From Chara braunii (taxonomy: Eukaryota > Plantae > Charophyceae), in the NCBI GenBank assembly GCA_003427395.1, contig BFEA01000014.1:5804223-5868222 (forward strand): DNA of 64,000 nucleotides, in the 5' to 3' direction. A program made the position numbers and the translations under genes. How positions within the stretch are numbered: position 1 is the first letter of the stretch; the number at the start of each line of letters is the position of its first letter. The notes beneath the pieces were generated by a model. That model saw nothing but the letters and a program-made list of their open reading frames with translations, made no database searches and was not told the origin of the DNA. Positions 25,801 to 38,123 of the stretch are shown here, in pieces.

Positions 25801-27611
25801 TCATCCAGTACATTCCACATGGTTTCCCAAATTTCCTTTGGGAAGTCGTCGATGCTGGTTTTTTTTTTTTTCTTCCATTTGCATCAATGTCGTTCATACC
25901 TGCTTTTTGGAGAGGGTGACCTCGAGATTGTCCCTTTGTTGTTGTATGAGACGGTGTTGGAGGGGACCAAAAAAGTCCTCCACCTCTTTTGTATGCTTTT
26001 CTCCCCTGGGATCTGCAATGTGGGAGGAAAAGAGGTCCCTAAAGAAGTCCCTTGTGATCTTGACGTACTGTAAGTTGGAAAGACTCGGGGGGTCATCGTG
26101 TACCTAGGGGTTCATCAACCCTTCTATCGTTGTTCTTTTTATTCTGACCTCGGCCATACTGAAAAAAATGATGTTAATTGTTGCCTTTGTTCGATGCTTT
26201 GTTAGTTTCCTTCTGATTCGGGTTTCATTTCATCTGTGTTTTGCAAAGTTCAGGAGTTTTTCTTTTAGCTTTGCTACGCCTGATTATCAGTTTGAGTATG
26301 GTCTTTCAACTGTTGAATTTGGTTTAGCAGTGTCATTTCTTGTTTATTTTTTTGTGACGTCAGGAGTTCTGAATAGTCTTTGCAGTGTTGCACTTTTTTG
26401 CTAAAAATAATAAACCTTTATTAAACCAGGTTATTTCTGATTCTATTATTTTATTTTTTTGTTTGCCAATAAGACCAAACATCCGTGATATACGTTTGAA
26501 ATTGGTTCTTTTTAAGTAGGGACGTGTTTAATTTGTAGTAACACGGCCCCTAATCCGGCCTTTTCTAGAAGGTCAATGCAATCATGCATGTCTTATAGTC
26601 CGGACCTGTGTATAGACTGGAGGGGAGGATTGTCGTTATTTGGAGGGCCCCCTCGAGGTCCTTTGATATGAGGACTATGTCTCTTCTTGATTTGGCCTGT
26701 TGAGTCAGGGCACTATTCTGTAGGCATGTGAAGACGCTCTCTTTTGGATGAGATCGGCGATATTTATCGTATACACCAGTAAGTTGCATAGCTCATTGAT
26801 GGTTCTTTCATCTTCTTCCATGTACCATAGGCATGGAGTAGGGGTTTTCCATATGTCTAGCCCCCGATCTGGGGCTGCATTATAATCGCTTGCCCAGATG
26901 ACTGTGACTCTGCGTGGCAGGCGTTCTTTTATTTTTCCAAAAAATTATCTCCTTGCACGAACGTCATTTGGGGCATATAGGCACACCACACATATGAGTT
27001 TGAGCTCTGGCATCACCAATGTCAATACCCACCTTCTTTCCATCTGGTCTACTGTCACGTACACCACCCGCTCGTGATTCCGGTGGGACCCATACGGCCA
27101 CTTCCGCGCTCCAAGGGCTGAGAGCGAATGCCTGAATTTTTTGGTGTGGCCATATTATTTTATGTGCACGCTGGTGTTCAGGTTTGTCCATAGTGTGGGT
27201 TTCCTGCACACATATTATATCTGGCCATGTTTTTCCCCCTACCCCACGCATCTGGTCCTAGATCGCCTGTGTTTTGTCCAAGGTAATAGATGCTATATCA
27301 TTGACATTGATGGACCACAAGTCGAGGTCTGTTGCTCTCAGTAATTGTCTCCAATGTTTATTTTTCGGGTAGACTGACTCTATGAGATCCATTTGATGCA
27401 GCAGACTTCCTACAGACGTGTCCAGTAAGTTTCATCCCACTTGACAGTGTGCAGTAGCAATCCATGTTTTAGGATGGAATAAAGTATTGTCAGCAGATCC
27501 CGTTCTATCCATAATTTGCTTGGTTTTACTTTCAGGATCTGCAACTCTAACAGTTTTTGGTGTGTCTACCATCTCATATTAGCTTCCTTGGTGGCCTCGA
27601 ATTTGACGTAC

Positions 27612-27834
27612 AAATTGCCATTTCGTTAAAATGAACATTTTTTATTTTTTTTAACGAAATTGAAACCGAGTTTTTTGGCCGAAAACTCGTCAAAATTTGT
27701 TGTTCCTGAGGGTCCAGCGTTTTACAAACGCCGGTCCCTCAGGAACAACAAATTTTGACGAGGTTTGGGCCGAAAAGTCGGTTTCAATTTCGTTCAAAAA
27801 ATAAAAGATGTCTATTTTGATGAAATGGCAGTTT
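27612..27834. mobile_element. Foldback palindromic insertion (~220 bp hairpin)
   Basis: Arms of ~110 bp are near reverse complements around a ~3-nt loop (agcgttt-tac-aaacgcc). Confidence 0.85.
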
Positions 27835-30587
27835 ACAATCGTTGGTCACAATGTGAGTTTGGTATGTCATTGTGTACATTGCATTGGCCTCGGGTTCATA
27901 TTTCCTGATATAAACTCCATGGCTGCCCACTTGTACAACAGTTCTGCCACCTGATATCTTATCCAACTCCCTGCTTTCACCCAGCCCTGCAGCGTGACAC
28001 CTCCATACTTATCGTCCCCTGCTTCCTTGGTCATGCCCGCTTCCCATCTTCCTTACTTCTTTCTGATCGGGAGCACCAAGACCCCCTCTACGGAGAGTTC
28101 CTTCTCATATTGTCCTCTCTCCACTAGATGTCTCACGCACATTCGTTTAGTCGTCATTTCTTCCTCCCCTATCCCTTCTTTTCCATTTCCCAACCTTTGT
28201 TCCTCCCCTTGTTGCAACTTCTCCCTCTCTTACGTTGTTGTCGGGACTTGAGAGGGAGGGGCTGGGGTGTTTGAGTGAAAGTCTTGGGTGCGTGTGGGGT
28301 GGATGATAGCCGCTTCATTGGCTTGGGGGCATGTAAATTCCGTCTGGATTTTTGTTAGGATTTTGAGAAAGACCTCAGCCTAGGGGATCTCACGTGGTAG
28401 CCCGTTTGGTAGCCCGTTTTGCAATGCTTCCTTCAAATTGGGGCTTGAGTCCAGTAGGTCAAAAAGTTTAACATAGGATTGATCCCAGAAGTCTGTCGTC
28501 TGTCCCGGGTGTCTTTCCTGCGGTCTCAATACCAGCCAGATTGCTACAGTGATCATTTTTGTTTTAATTATGGTCTGTGGTTGACCAGGGATGGTCGGGT
28601 CTAGGGGTTTGTTGTATATTCCTTAATGTTCTCGACAGGGCTTTTTTTTTTTTTTTTACTTGCTTTCTCTTGTGCTTCAGTTCCTTCAGTCTTGTTAGTC
28701 CTTTCACAGGTGCATTCGAACCTGATAATGTCTGGTGGGGGAGGTAAGGGTGTGGTGTGTGCCAAGGAGTCTCATCGAAGTCCATTGGACTCAGTCCAAA
28801 GATCCATTTGAAATGATCGTGACCTTTTGTTGGTTTCGTTGTCGCCTTCACCTGATTTTGTTCCTCTTCCTTCCCTGGTTTTGTTTTTTTGTCTCTTTTC
28901 TTGTTTTCCCTCATTATCCTCTTAACCTCAGGTCCGTCAGGCTGACTTTATCAACGTCTCCTTCATTCAACTCCCCATCCTCCAAGCCTTCTTCTTCTTC
29001 CTCTTCCTCCTCTTCCCCTCCCTCCTTGTTCAGTGGTCCAAACCAGTTTTCAGAACAGATTTGCATAAGTGACCCTCCATCTTTCAGGCTTGGTTCATCG
29101 TTCTGGTAAGGCACCTTTTGGGGGAGGTTTTTCGAGCTGATCTCGATATAATTTTCAGGGTTTGGCTATTTTCCCTCTTGAAGTTCTTTTTTCTTGTTCA
29201 CTCCATTTTCCTCTTTCTCCTTCCTCTTATTTGTCTGTCATGTTGGTACTATTGTGTTCTCTTTTGATGTTCCTGTTGTGACACTCACATGCATTTCGAC
29301 CGGTTTTGGAGGCACCCACTCGTCCGGGGGTTTGGTGCTCCATTCTGGTTTTGTCTGTCTTTCCCATGTCCATCCCATCTTTCCTCCTTCCTTCTCTTGA
29401 TTTATGAATCCCCAACCTTCGTGTCCAGGCTCAGTTGTTCTCCAGTTGTCCATCTTCAAGGGGTCTTGCGTCAGTCTCCCTGTGATCCTCAACTTCTTGC
29501 CCAGGTGCAGCGGGTAACCCTGTTCCGTACAAAGGTGGTCGTATGCCTTGCATTCCATGTACCATGGTCTTAGTTTATGTGCGTTTAAATCTTATATTCA
29601 CGGTCGCCCACCCAATACGGGATCACATCATCAATCGAAAATGGTTGGTTCGGGGAAAGTCAAGTGTTAGCATCAGATAGTTTATCTCTTCAGGTCACAT
29701 AGTTGGGACGGGGGTCTATGAAATCGATGATGTCAAATTTCTCCTGAAATTCTGCACAAAAGCAGCTTGGATTTCGATGGGAATGTGGCGAAATTATATC
29801 CAGAAATGATCTGCCATTAGTTTATCTCTTCGCTCCTCCGGTTTGGCATGCTCTTGGGGGGACCACGGGTAGAGTCGGACTTCGGGTGAAACGCATTGGA
29901 TGCATCCCCATCTGTCCATTGTTTTTTTATCGTCTACATACATGCTTAACACAATGAAGATTGTTTTTGAGACTGGGTGGATGAGGAACGAGTCTGTTGC
30001 GATTTCCTTGCTTCCGTTAAGAGTTTCCAGCTTCTTCCTAAGCCACCCAATTTTGTCGTTTGTGGATTTGTAGCTTGCGTCATCGTGGAATACCCAGTTG
30101 GTTGCATGTTTTGTGTAGATCCGGTCCCTTACCCTCAAGCTCGCATTCAGGAAGTGCGTGATCATAGCCGTTTTTCCCCCTTGTTCCCTTACCGATTTCT
30201 CAGAAGCGGTGAGTACTAGTCGTGACATGAAGAACGTGCTGGTTGAAGGCAAGCCTTCAAGAGGGACCAACAAGTCCTCTTCACTTGTCTCCCCTCTCGA
30301 ATGTCTCGTAATAGTTAATGTTTCCTGAGTGAAGGGTCTCCTGACCTTTTCTGCCCGCGTGTGAAAGGCGTTTGTCCCTTCCTGCCCTTAGTAGCCGCCT
30401 TTGTCGTGTGCTTGTTGTATCTGTTGCTGTCCCTCTTTTTCGTGTGCTTGTTGTGTTTGAGTTTTCCTGTGTGCTTGTTGTGTTTGAGAGGTAGTCCCGG
30501 TCGTCGACGTGGATGGGCCGGCCATTAAATGTGCCCCCGGTTGTGCCGAGAGCCTTTGTGTTGCGTCGTGCCTCATGGCACCCTGTT

Positions 30588-30690
30588 TATTAATAAATAA
30601 GAACACATACCTACTAGTTCCCAAAATATATATATTCGAAATAAATTATGACTTAGAACAAGTCCTAACATAGAAGTTGTAAATAGACTC
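30588..30690 (-). pseudogene. ndhF: Nuclear plastid DNA fragment (NUPT) of ndhF
   Basis: [34 protein letters not shown] matches the conserved NdhF segment; AT-rich relative to its flanks. Confidence 0.85.
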
Positions 30691-32664
30691 GCACATAACA
30701 TTTTCCACCTTGACAAAGGTTCGAAGAGCAGACGCTTCGCGTCTGAATCCCACGGGCTCATCAGCAGAGTTGCTCCATCCAAGAAATCACATGAAATACT
30801 TCTTTCACAAACTCATTTTGTAATACAATCTCACAAAGGTTCCGTTGTACACCGACCCACCAGTGTTTTGGTTCCGTTGATTTCAGGCTGGAAAAACAAC
30901 TTCAAGTTTTCAGAATGCTCTGCAATCTTTCACCGTACGGATATTCGGATATTTCAACAACTTTAACGTGGCACTGTTTTTTTCTTTCCTGTGACCTTTG
31001 CATTTTTTGCTTCCTTTTCCACATGGGGGATATTATGTTTTTTTTTTTTTTTTTTTTTTTTCTCTCTCCCTTGTTGTCTTCCTCCCGATGTTTTCCTTAC
31101 CGGTTCTTGTTATTCTTCCTCTTCTATCCCAGGGATAGTAGAGTTCATATCCCGTTGGAGGGAGTTTTGGGGAGGGGGTGTTGGTTGAGTATTTACCTGG
31201 AGGATTGTATCCCTTTTTCTGCTGTCCGTACACCCCACCACCGAGTATTAAAACTGCCCGGGGCCCCAGAGGGGGTCATACCGTTTTACCCTTCACGTCC
31301 TTGACTGGGATCTCCTAGTCCGCTCCTTCGTCAATGCCCCTGTCTCACTCTTTCGTGTTGTTGCCCTCTCTTCCTTCTTCTCTTACTGTTGCGTGTTGCT
31401 TTGTTACCTTTATCCCTTGTTTGGTATTCCTCTCGCCAACTGTCTTTTTCCTGTTCTTGCGCTTCTCCTCTGACCGTCGTAAGTCTTGACTCGCTTGGTC
31501 TTGGTGGTTTCTCACCGTTTGCGGGTCCCTCACAGCATCAGTACCTTCGCCATCTCTCTCTATCTCCCTTTTTCTTTTCACTAATCCTCGAGGCCGCCTT
31601 CTGCGAATTCTGGTTTGATTCTTCCACTTGCCTCAGTGTCCCCGCTATGGCTTTCCCTTCTTTGTTTGTGTATTCGTCCCTTCTTGATGTGTTGTCGTGG
31701 TCGCCTCACCTCCCGTAGCACTAGGTGATGGTCGTTGGTCAGCTCCCTCGTCGTCGCGAGCCTGCCGTGGCGCGGGCGTTAGGTAGCGTTGTCGGAGCAA
31801 AACCCTTACAAGGGTATCTGCTCGGGTTTTTCAATGTCGGACGTTGTCCGACTTTTTCGTTAAATTGAGGAACTTGATAAGACTGATATCTGCCGGAAGT
31901 TTATTCAGACTAGCCTATGATTGAGAAACTATAACTTTTTTTAACCTTAGTCCGGACATATGCAGCATCTGAAAATAATGGCGGTAGTCGCCAATTTCTA
32001 ACAGGGCCAGAGAGAGGAACAGACGTGGAATGTTCAGACTAGACCTATTTTACTTAAAATAATCCCGCGCGGTTGCTAAGTCGCGCGATTCAAGGCTAGA
32101 AAGATCGAAAAATTAGCCCTAGGGGTGCGGCGACGGATAGAAGGGCTAACACGACCAAATTGCCATGTCATTCTAAAAGGATGGACGGTCAGGGGTTCGA
32201 GGGCAAATAAGGAGTGGATTGTCGGGCCTACTAGACCAAGCCCAGCCGGGTGGATGGCGGGGCGACTACCTTTGGAAGGGATAGGTGGACTACACCTGCC
32301 TAGGCCAAGGAGTAGGCGGACTACACCTGCCTAGACTAGGGAGTAGGCGGCCTACTGGGTTGTAACCCTTCAAATAGAAGGGTGGCAGGTACAACTCCCG
32401 TGATAGGAGCTATCACAGTAGGTACTGCATTCAACTTTCACCCAGCAGATGCTGCGGTCGAGCCAGGCGATACGCTGCATAGGCTAGCTCCTTTTTGGAG
32501 CTGCTCTCCAGCTAGGCGCGACCGTTTTTTGCCGCGAGATCTTCAGATCTTAGGGCCAAAAACGGCCACGCAGATACAACATGGCCACTGCGCGAAGGAT
32601 GACGCGCATAAATCGAGAAATGACCCATATTTTTTGATCCCCCGTTGGGATCGAACTTGGGTCC

Positions 32665-33166
32665 GGGACCTGGGACCATTCCCCTCGTCTGATGTAGGGT
32701 GTGTAAAGGGAAGTTTGGTAATGGGACGCGCCTCGGGGTTTTGTCTTTTTTGGGGGGGGGTTGTTTGTCTTAGGTGGGTTTTTCGGAACTCAAGTAAGGC
32801 CTGAGGAAGGCTACCGGTTGAGATGGTTTGTTCGCGTGTTGACCGTAGGATTGGGTCCCTCACCTTCTCTGCCGGACCAGGCTTGGGATCGCCACCCTTT
32901 TGCTTTAGGATATTAAACGGCGAACGGTCGGTTTGACTCCTCTTTGGTGGACCGCATTTGGCGGCACCAGAATAGGAGTCAGCAGCGCCTGCGTGACTCG
33001 ATAGGTTGACGGCGAGATCGGTGGTTCATTGGGTGTTGTGGTCTGTTCCGGTGGCGTTTTGCGCGTTTGCGCTAATTTTACGACATTTTCTTAGCCGGGC
33101 TACTCGATCACTTGCAGGTGTGCGTCTGCATGTCGTGTTCAGGTGTCGTGTACTGTTTTTGCTTCT
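32665..33166 (+). repeat. 5' pseudo-LTR
   Basis: Highly similar direct repeat of 37623-38123. Confidence 0.95.
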
Positions 33167-33351
33167 AGCTATTGGCGTCGTAACCTGCTAGGAAATTATA
33201 CCTGGAGGGGGTGGCGACAAAGTTACTACAGGGAAGAGAGAGAGAAGGGAGGATGAGAAAGTGAGAAAGAGAGAGGGAGAAGAAGGGACGATTAGACCTG
33301 GTGATTGGCTTGAGTGGTGAGATCCGGTCACTGGTAGGCGTGACAGGGAAG

Positions 33352-34538
33352 ATGAGTAGGGAGAGTGCCGAGAGTGGACCCAATGCATCGGGTCGATCAG
33401 AAGGGTCGACGGAAGGCGGAGGAGGGAGATTACCACGACGAGGTAGTGAGAAAAGGATGGCGGGACGGACATGCTTTCGGTGCGGGAAGCCCGATCATTT
33501 TGCGAATGTTTGCGATGAGTATTGGGATGCTCGGGATAAGGGCATTCCTTTTGTTCCGCCTCCACCTCCGTACGCGCAGAGCGGCCGCACTATGGCCCCA
33601 AGTGTTGAGCGACGGAGCCACTCGGCGACTACTATGGATCGAGACGTGAGACGGGGGAAGTGAATAGCATGATGAGGGTTTATTTTTTCGAGATGGCGAA
33701 AGAGTGTGAAAAGATGAAGCAGAGATTAGCGAAGGAAGAGCTGCAGCGTAAGGAAGACGAGGCAAGAAAAGAGAAAGAGAGGAGGAGGCTGCAGGAGTTG
33801 GAAGAAAGGAAACGGGCGGAGGATGAGAGGGATGCACGTCTATTGAGGATCATACGGAGTGAAATTCACCATGAGAGAGAAAGAGAGAGTGAACATACCA
33901 GTCGAGGAAGTTGGAAGACGAGTAAGCGGAACGAAAAATGTGAGACGGTGGAGGAGGAGAAGGAGCGGTTAAGGCGCATGATAGCACTTCAGGAGGAGAG
34001 TGATGAGGATGTTGAATAGATCGCGTTGCGGCGCCGGGCAGTGGGACTTGAGATCAATGAGAAGCGAAAAAGAGGGAAGGAAGTAGCGGTAGGCGACAGC
34101 CCGCCGATGGTGACTCCGACAAAAGGGCAGCGAACCGGCTTGGAAACAAGCATCAAATTGAGAATTGAGGAGTTGCGGGAGACGGGGCGCGTTGCGAGTA
34201 CGTCGTCACCGGTGGCTGATCAGATTGGTAAGATCGGCTTGTCGATCAAGCATGTGACCGCAAGGGTTGGTCCTGGCGCGCGCGAGATATATGAAGAGGA
34301 AGTATGTGCCGTGTACGAAGCCTTGACTATCGAGGAGCTTAAAGAGGCGTGTAAGAACGAGCGGATAACCTATGGGAAGCGGGAGCTGGCGATTAATCGT
34401 TTGGTGACGCGTCGCGTTATCAAGGCGTATGATCCGGTCAATGTGTTGTTGCCAACGACACCGCTCCCGAGGAGATCGACAAGGACGTCTAAGGACAAAG
34501 AAGGTGAGGGTCAGGATGGCGAAGGAGCCTCGGAATGA
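33352..34538 (+). pseudogene. PLE ORF1, gag-like (zinc knuckle, coiled coil, SAP-like)
   Basis: CFRCGKPDHFANVC; E/K/R-rich coiled coil; YEALTIEELKEACKNERITYGKRELAINRL; one frameshift (~33660) and one stop (34017-19). Confidence 0.8.
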
Positions 34539-34628
34539 GGGAACGAACCTGATGATCTGTGGCGGGATATCGATGAACAGACGAAGCTGTGAGAGGCACA
34601 TGGGTGCAAAGGTAATGCTGAGAGTCGG

Positions 34629-37501
34629 ATGAGAGCGCTGGTCCTAGGATTGATTGTGGTTGGTGAGTTGCGATGGGGGGAGAAATGTTTGGAGTTGTGG
34701 AGGCAGGAAGCCCGCTTTGGAAGACTAGACCTTCAATCCCCACGGAGTTGTGTATATGTGGTAATATCTCCGTGGTATAAACAGATTTATGTGGGCATGA
34801 CGGAAAGGAGTCTAGCGGAGAGATGGACAACACACTTGAGGTGTGTAAAGCAGGGTGATAAGAAGCGTTCGCGGAACCTGTACAACAGGTTGGGCAAGGT
34901 GGGGGTGCACATGTACGTAGTGGTATCGGTATTCTTTAGTGCGGATAGAAGGGAGTTGGAGGCAGTTGAAAGAACATTGATTAGAATGTGGTCACCGTCC
35001 CTCAACTCAAAGGGGGTAAAGCGAAGATCAAGGAGGCGTAGGAGACCAGGAAGGAAAGAGCGACGAGAGGCTGTTGCGAGCAAGGTGAAAGGGAGTGGGG
35101 AGGAGAAAACAGAGAGGAAAGTCGAAGGGAACAACACGATAGTAGCGTTGAGAAGGGATGGAGGGGAAAGGACAGTAAGGGTGATCGAACTTCTACGGAG
35201 TTTGGCAAAGGTCCCGCGCGGAGTCAAGACACGTATGTGGTCGGATGGCGGGCGGAGCTGGGCGGACAATTGGCGAGTTGTACGACGAACCTTTGGGGAA
35301 TCACGGGTGATAGTGGGCAAACGCACTAGGCCGTTACGGAAGTGCAAGAAGCTGTTCGGGGTGGAAGGATGGATTATGGTTCGGGATGTGGTGGAAGCGA
35401 CGCCAAGAACATTGAAGCTGAAGCAGGAGCTGGTGAGTATTTTCAAGGACAGGCGGAAGATGCGGCTGCTGTACAGCAAAACGCAAGAAGAACTAGTCAA
35501 CTATTACGCGGCGGCGAAACTGTTTTCTGAAAAGAGGAGTAGATCCAGAGGGAGACGGGTGATTTCCGACGTGTTAAGGAGGAGCTTTGGGCTGAGCATT
35601 CGAAGGAGGATAGTTGTGAAGGTCGAGTTTGATGAGAGGATTAAGAAGAGCAAGGTAGTGAATCTGACGCGGCAAGGGATTGGGAGACTGCCTCTCAATA
35701 ATGCGATTGCGGGAATGGTGCGTAGACGCAATCATGTCGTTTGGACGAGAAGTCCGAACGTGGGTGATATAATCCATAATCACCGACGTTTTGCGGCGGA
35801 TGGAGTCTCTGAGTGCATCTGCACTAGCATGCCCCTCCCAAAAGAGGGTGGGCACGTCCATTTCCGTATTGGCAATTGGGATGGATGTCCGACGATAGCC
35901 CGTAACGCTAAGAATGTACCGCGGAATGTGAAGGATGGTCTGGTGGCGAGACTGTCGAAGAAACTAGCTGACAACTTTGCTGACCTGAGCTGGTTGGGAA
36001 AGGGAATGGGACAGATGGAGTTTGCGCAGGAGGAGATTGAGATATGTGTGTCGAAGAGTAGGACAGACAACTGTGATGATGCAGACGCGGTTCAGCGAGT
36101 GCGTGAAGGACTGAATGGGCTGGTGTGTTGCCCTTTGGATCGCAATCCTGGGGACACTCTGGTCATGTGTCCGGTCACGTACGCAGAAGGGATGAAAACG
36201 ACCTCTACAGCTAATGATGGCTACGTAATTCGAGAGGAATCGGAGGACGAGATTATCAATCTTTTGCACACTGAGTATGGAAAAAGGAAATTTGGGCAGA
36301 TTGGAGAATGGAAGAAGGATGGAAAATTGGGCAGGGCTTATATTCTTCCTAAACATAAGGATACGGCTAAATATCGGCCAATCTACCCAACTTTCAGTGA
36401 GCCTAGTGGGAGGGCTTGCAAGAAGGTGGCTCGTGCTTTGAATGGAATGTTGTTCTCGGTCCCTGAGAGTAAACATTTTAATTTGAAGTCTGTGTCTGAG
36501 TTGTGTGACCGCCTTATCGGAATTAATCAGCGTATGCGTCGTGCTTATAAGGATGTGCAGGTGTTGAGCGACTCCTACGATATCAAAGATATGTTTAGCA
36601 GACTCCCCCATGCGACGATTGTGAGTGTTGTGGATTGGTTCATTTGGTGGTTTGGGTCGAAAGGCCTACAGGGTGTCTTTGTTAGCAAGAGGGGTAAAGG
36701 GACGATGTTTAGCAAAGGGAAGAGTGTGGATGGTTTTCAATTTATAAATTTTGGGATGATTCGGGAGTTTGTTCTTTTTGAATTGGGAGGGTGTTTCACA
36801 GTGGCAAGGAGGGTAATCCTGCAACAGGTTGTCGGTATTCCCATGGGAAAATCGACTAGCCCACCACTTGCATGCATGATGTGTGCGAAAGCAAAATGGG
36901 ATTTTTTTGTTACACTAGGGAATGACAGACGTCTTGTGGCAAAGCTTCGCTATGTGGATGATCCATCGGTGTTTGTAGCCTTTGATTCCCGACGACCGGA
37001 ATCGAGAAGGAAAGCAGAGGAGATCATTGAAAGCTTTGAAGTTTGCTACAACAAAGCTTTGCCCTGAGGAAAACTGATGATGGGAAGGATTCCTAGGATT
37101 TCCTGGGATGTCGCTTGAGGGTAAAGAAGGAATTTCCTTTCGTTGGTTGTTGTCTAGCTATGAAAAATGAGAAAGAACTACTTAAGGGTGAAGAGCTGAT
37201 TTTCAGGGTTTTTCAGGACTTTGAGTCGTGGGCGAGTAAGAAATCAAAGATGGCCGTTGTGATGAGCACGTTGCACAGGATCTACCAGAACTCGATGACA
37301 AGCATGGAGTTGATCGAGGTGCTCCTGTTGTTGAAGCTGGAGCTGAGAAGAAGGAACTACCCGATCCATTTTTTCGGGAGGGCCTTGAGAAGCTTCGCGA
37401 GAGACAAGAGTCTTGTGTGGAAGTTGCTGGCTGAAATGCTGGGAGGCGGCTGGAACATGAAAGTCTTGGGAAATCCGGGATGCACGAGAGACCGATGCTA
37501 A
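34629..37501 (+). pseudogene. PLE ORF2: GIY-YIG endonuclease plus reverse transcriptase
   Basis: CVYVVISPWYKQIYVGMTERSLAERWTTH...E...LN; AYILPKHKD..KYRPI; YDIKDMFSRLPH; QQVVGIPMGKSTSPPLA; RYVDD; thumb continues at 37115-37501 after a frameshift/stop. Confidence 0.92.
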
Positions 37502-37622
37502 AGTTGAAGAAGTAGGTTTGCTTTGTTAGAATTGTGGTCTGTAATGAGAATTGTAATTTAGGATTATAAGTGTGAATGTAATCTGGTCTATTGATGGATT
37601 GCGAACTGTGGCTGGATGATAA

Positions 37623-38123
37623 GGGACCTGGGACCGTTCCCCCCGTCTGATGTAGGGTGTGTAAAGGGAAGTTTGGTAATGGGACGTGCCTCGGGGTTTT
37701 GTCTTTTTTTGGGGGTTTTATTTGTCTTAGGTGGGTTTTTCGATACTCAAGTAAGGCCTGAGGAAGGCTACCGGTTGAGATGGTCTGTTCGGGTGTTGAC
37801 CGTAGGATTGGGTCCCTCACCTGCTCCGCCGGACCAGGCTTGGGATCTCCACCCTTTTGCTTTAGGATATTAACCGGCAATCGGTCGGTTTGACTCCTCT
37901 TTGGTGGACCGCATTTGGCGGCACCAGAATAGGAGTCAGCAGCTCCTGCATGACTCGATGGGTTGACGGCGAGATCGGTGGTTCATTGGGTGTTGTGGTC
38001 TGTTCCGGTGGCGTTTTGCGCGTTTGCGCTAATTTTACGGCATTTTCTAAGCCGGGCTACTCGATCACTTACAGGTGCGCGTGTGCATGTCATGTTCAGG
38101 TGTCGTGTACTGTTCTTGCTTCT
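37623..38123 (+). repeat. 3' pseudo-LTR
   Basis: Direct repeat of 32665-33166. Confidence 0.95.

Larger units (their letters stand above)
21815..31800 (-). mobile_element. Decayed L1/Tx1-like LINE (ORF1, APE, RT, C-terminal zinc motif)
   Basis: APE PDIICVQETH (~27230); RT FINFEKAYDHVDW, RQRDP, SLFADD (24959-25564); CPNC...ETIEHIFMQC (~23480); putative poly(A) tail as poly-T at 21816-21836. Boundaries approximate. Confidence 0.8.
32665..38123 (+). mobile_element. Near full-length two-ORF Penelope-like element with N-terminal GIY-YIG (Chlamys-type)
   Basis: ~500-bp direct repeats; ORF1 with CCHC and SAP-like motifs; ORF2 with GIY-YIG then RT; flanks TGGGTCC / TGAGTCC resemble a TSD. Confidence 0.9.

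Noticed and set aside
32795-32840. Hammerhead in the pseudo-LTR of the two-ORF PLE (CTGAGGA...GAGA; also at ~37755-37795)
   Set aside because: GAAA is replaced by GAGA and stems I and III do not pair convincingly; at most a decayed remnant.
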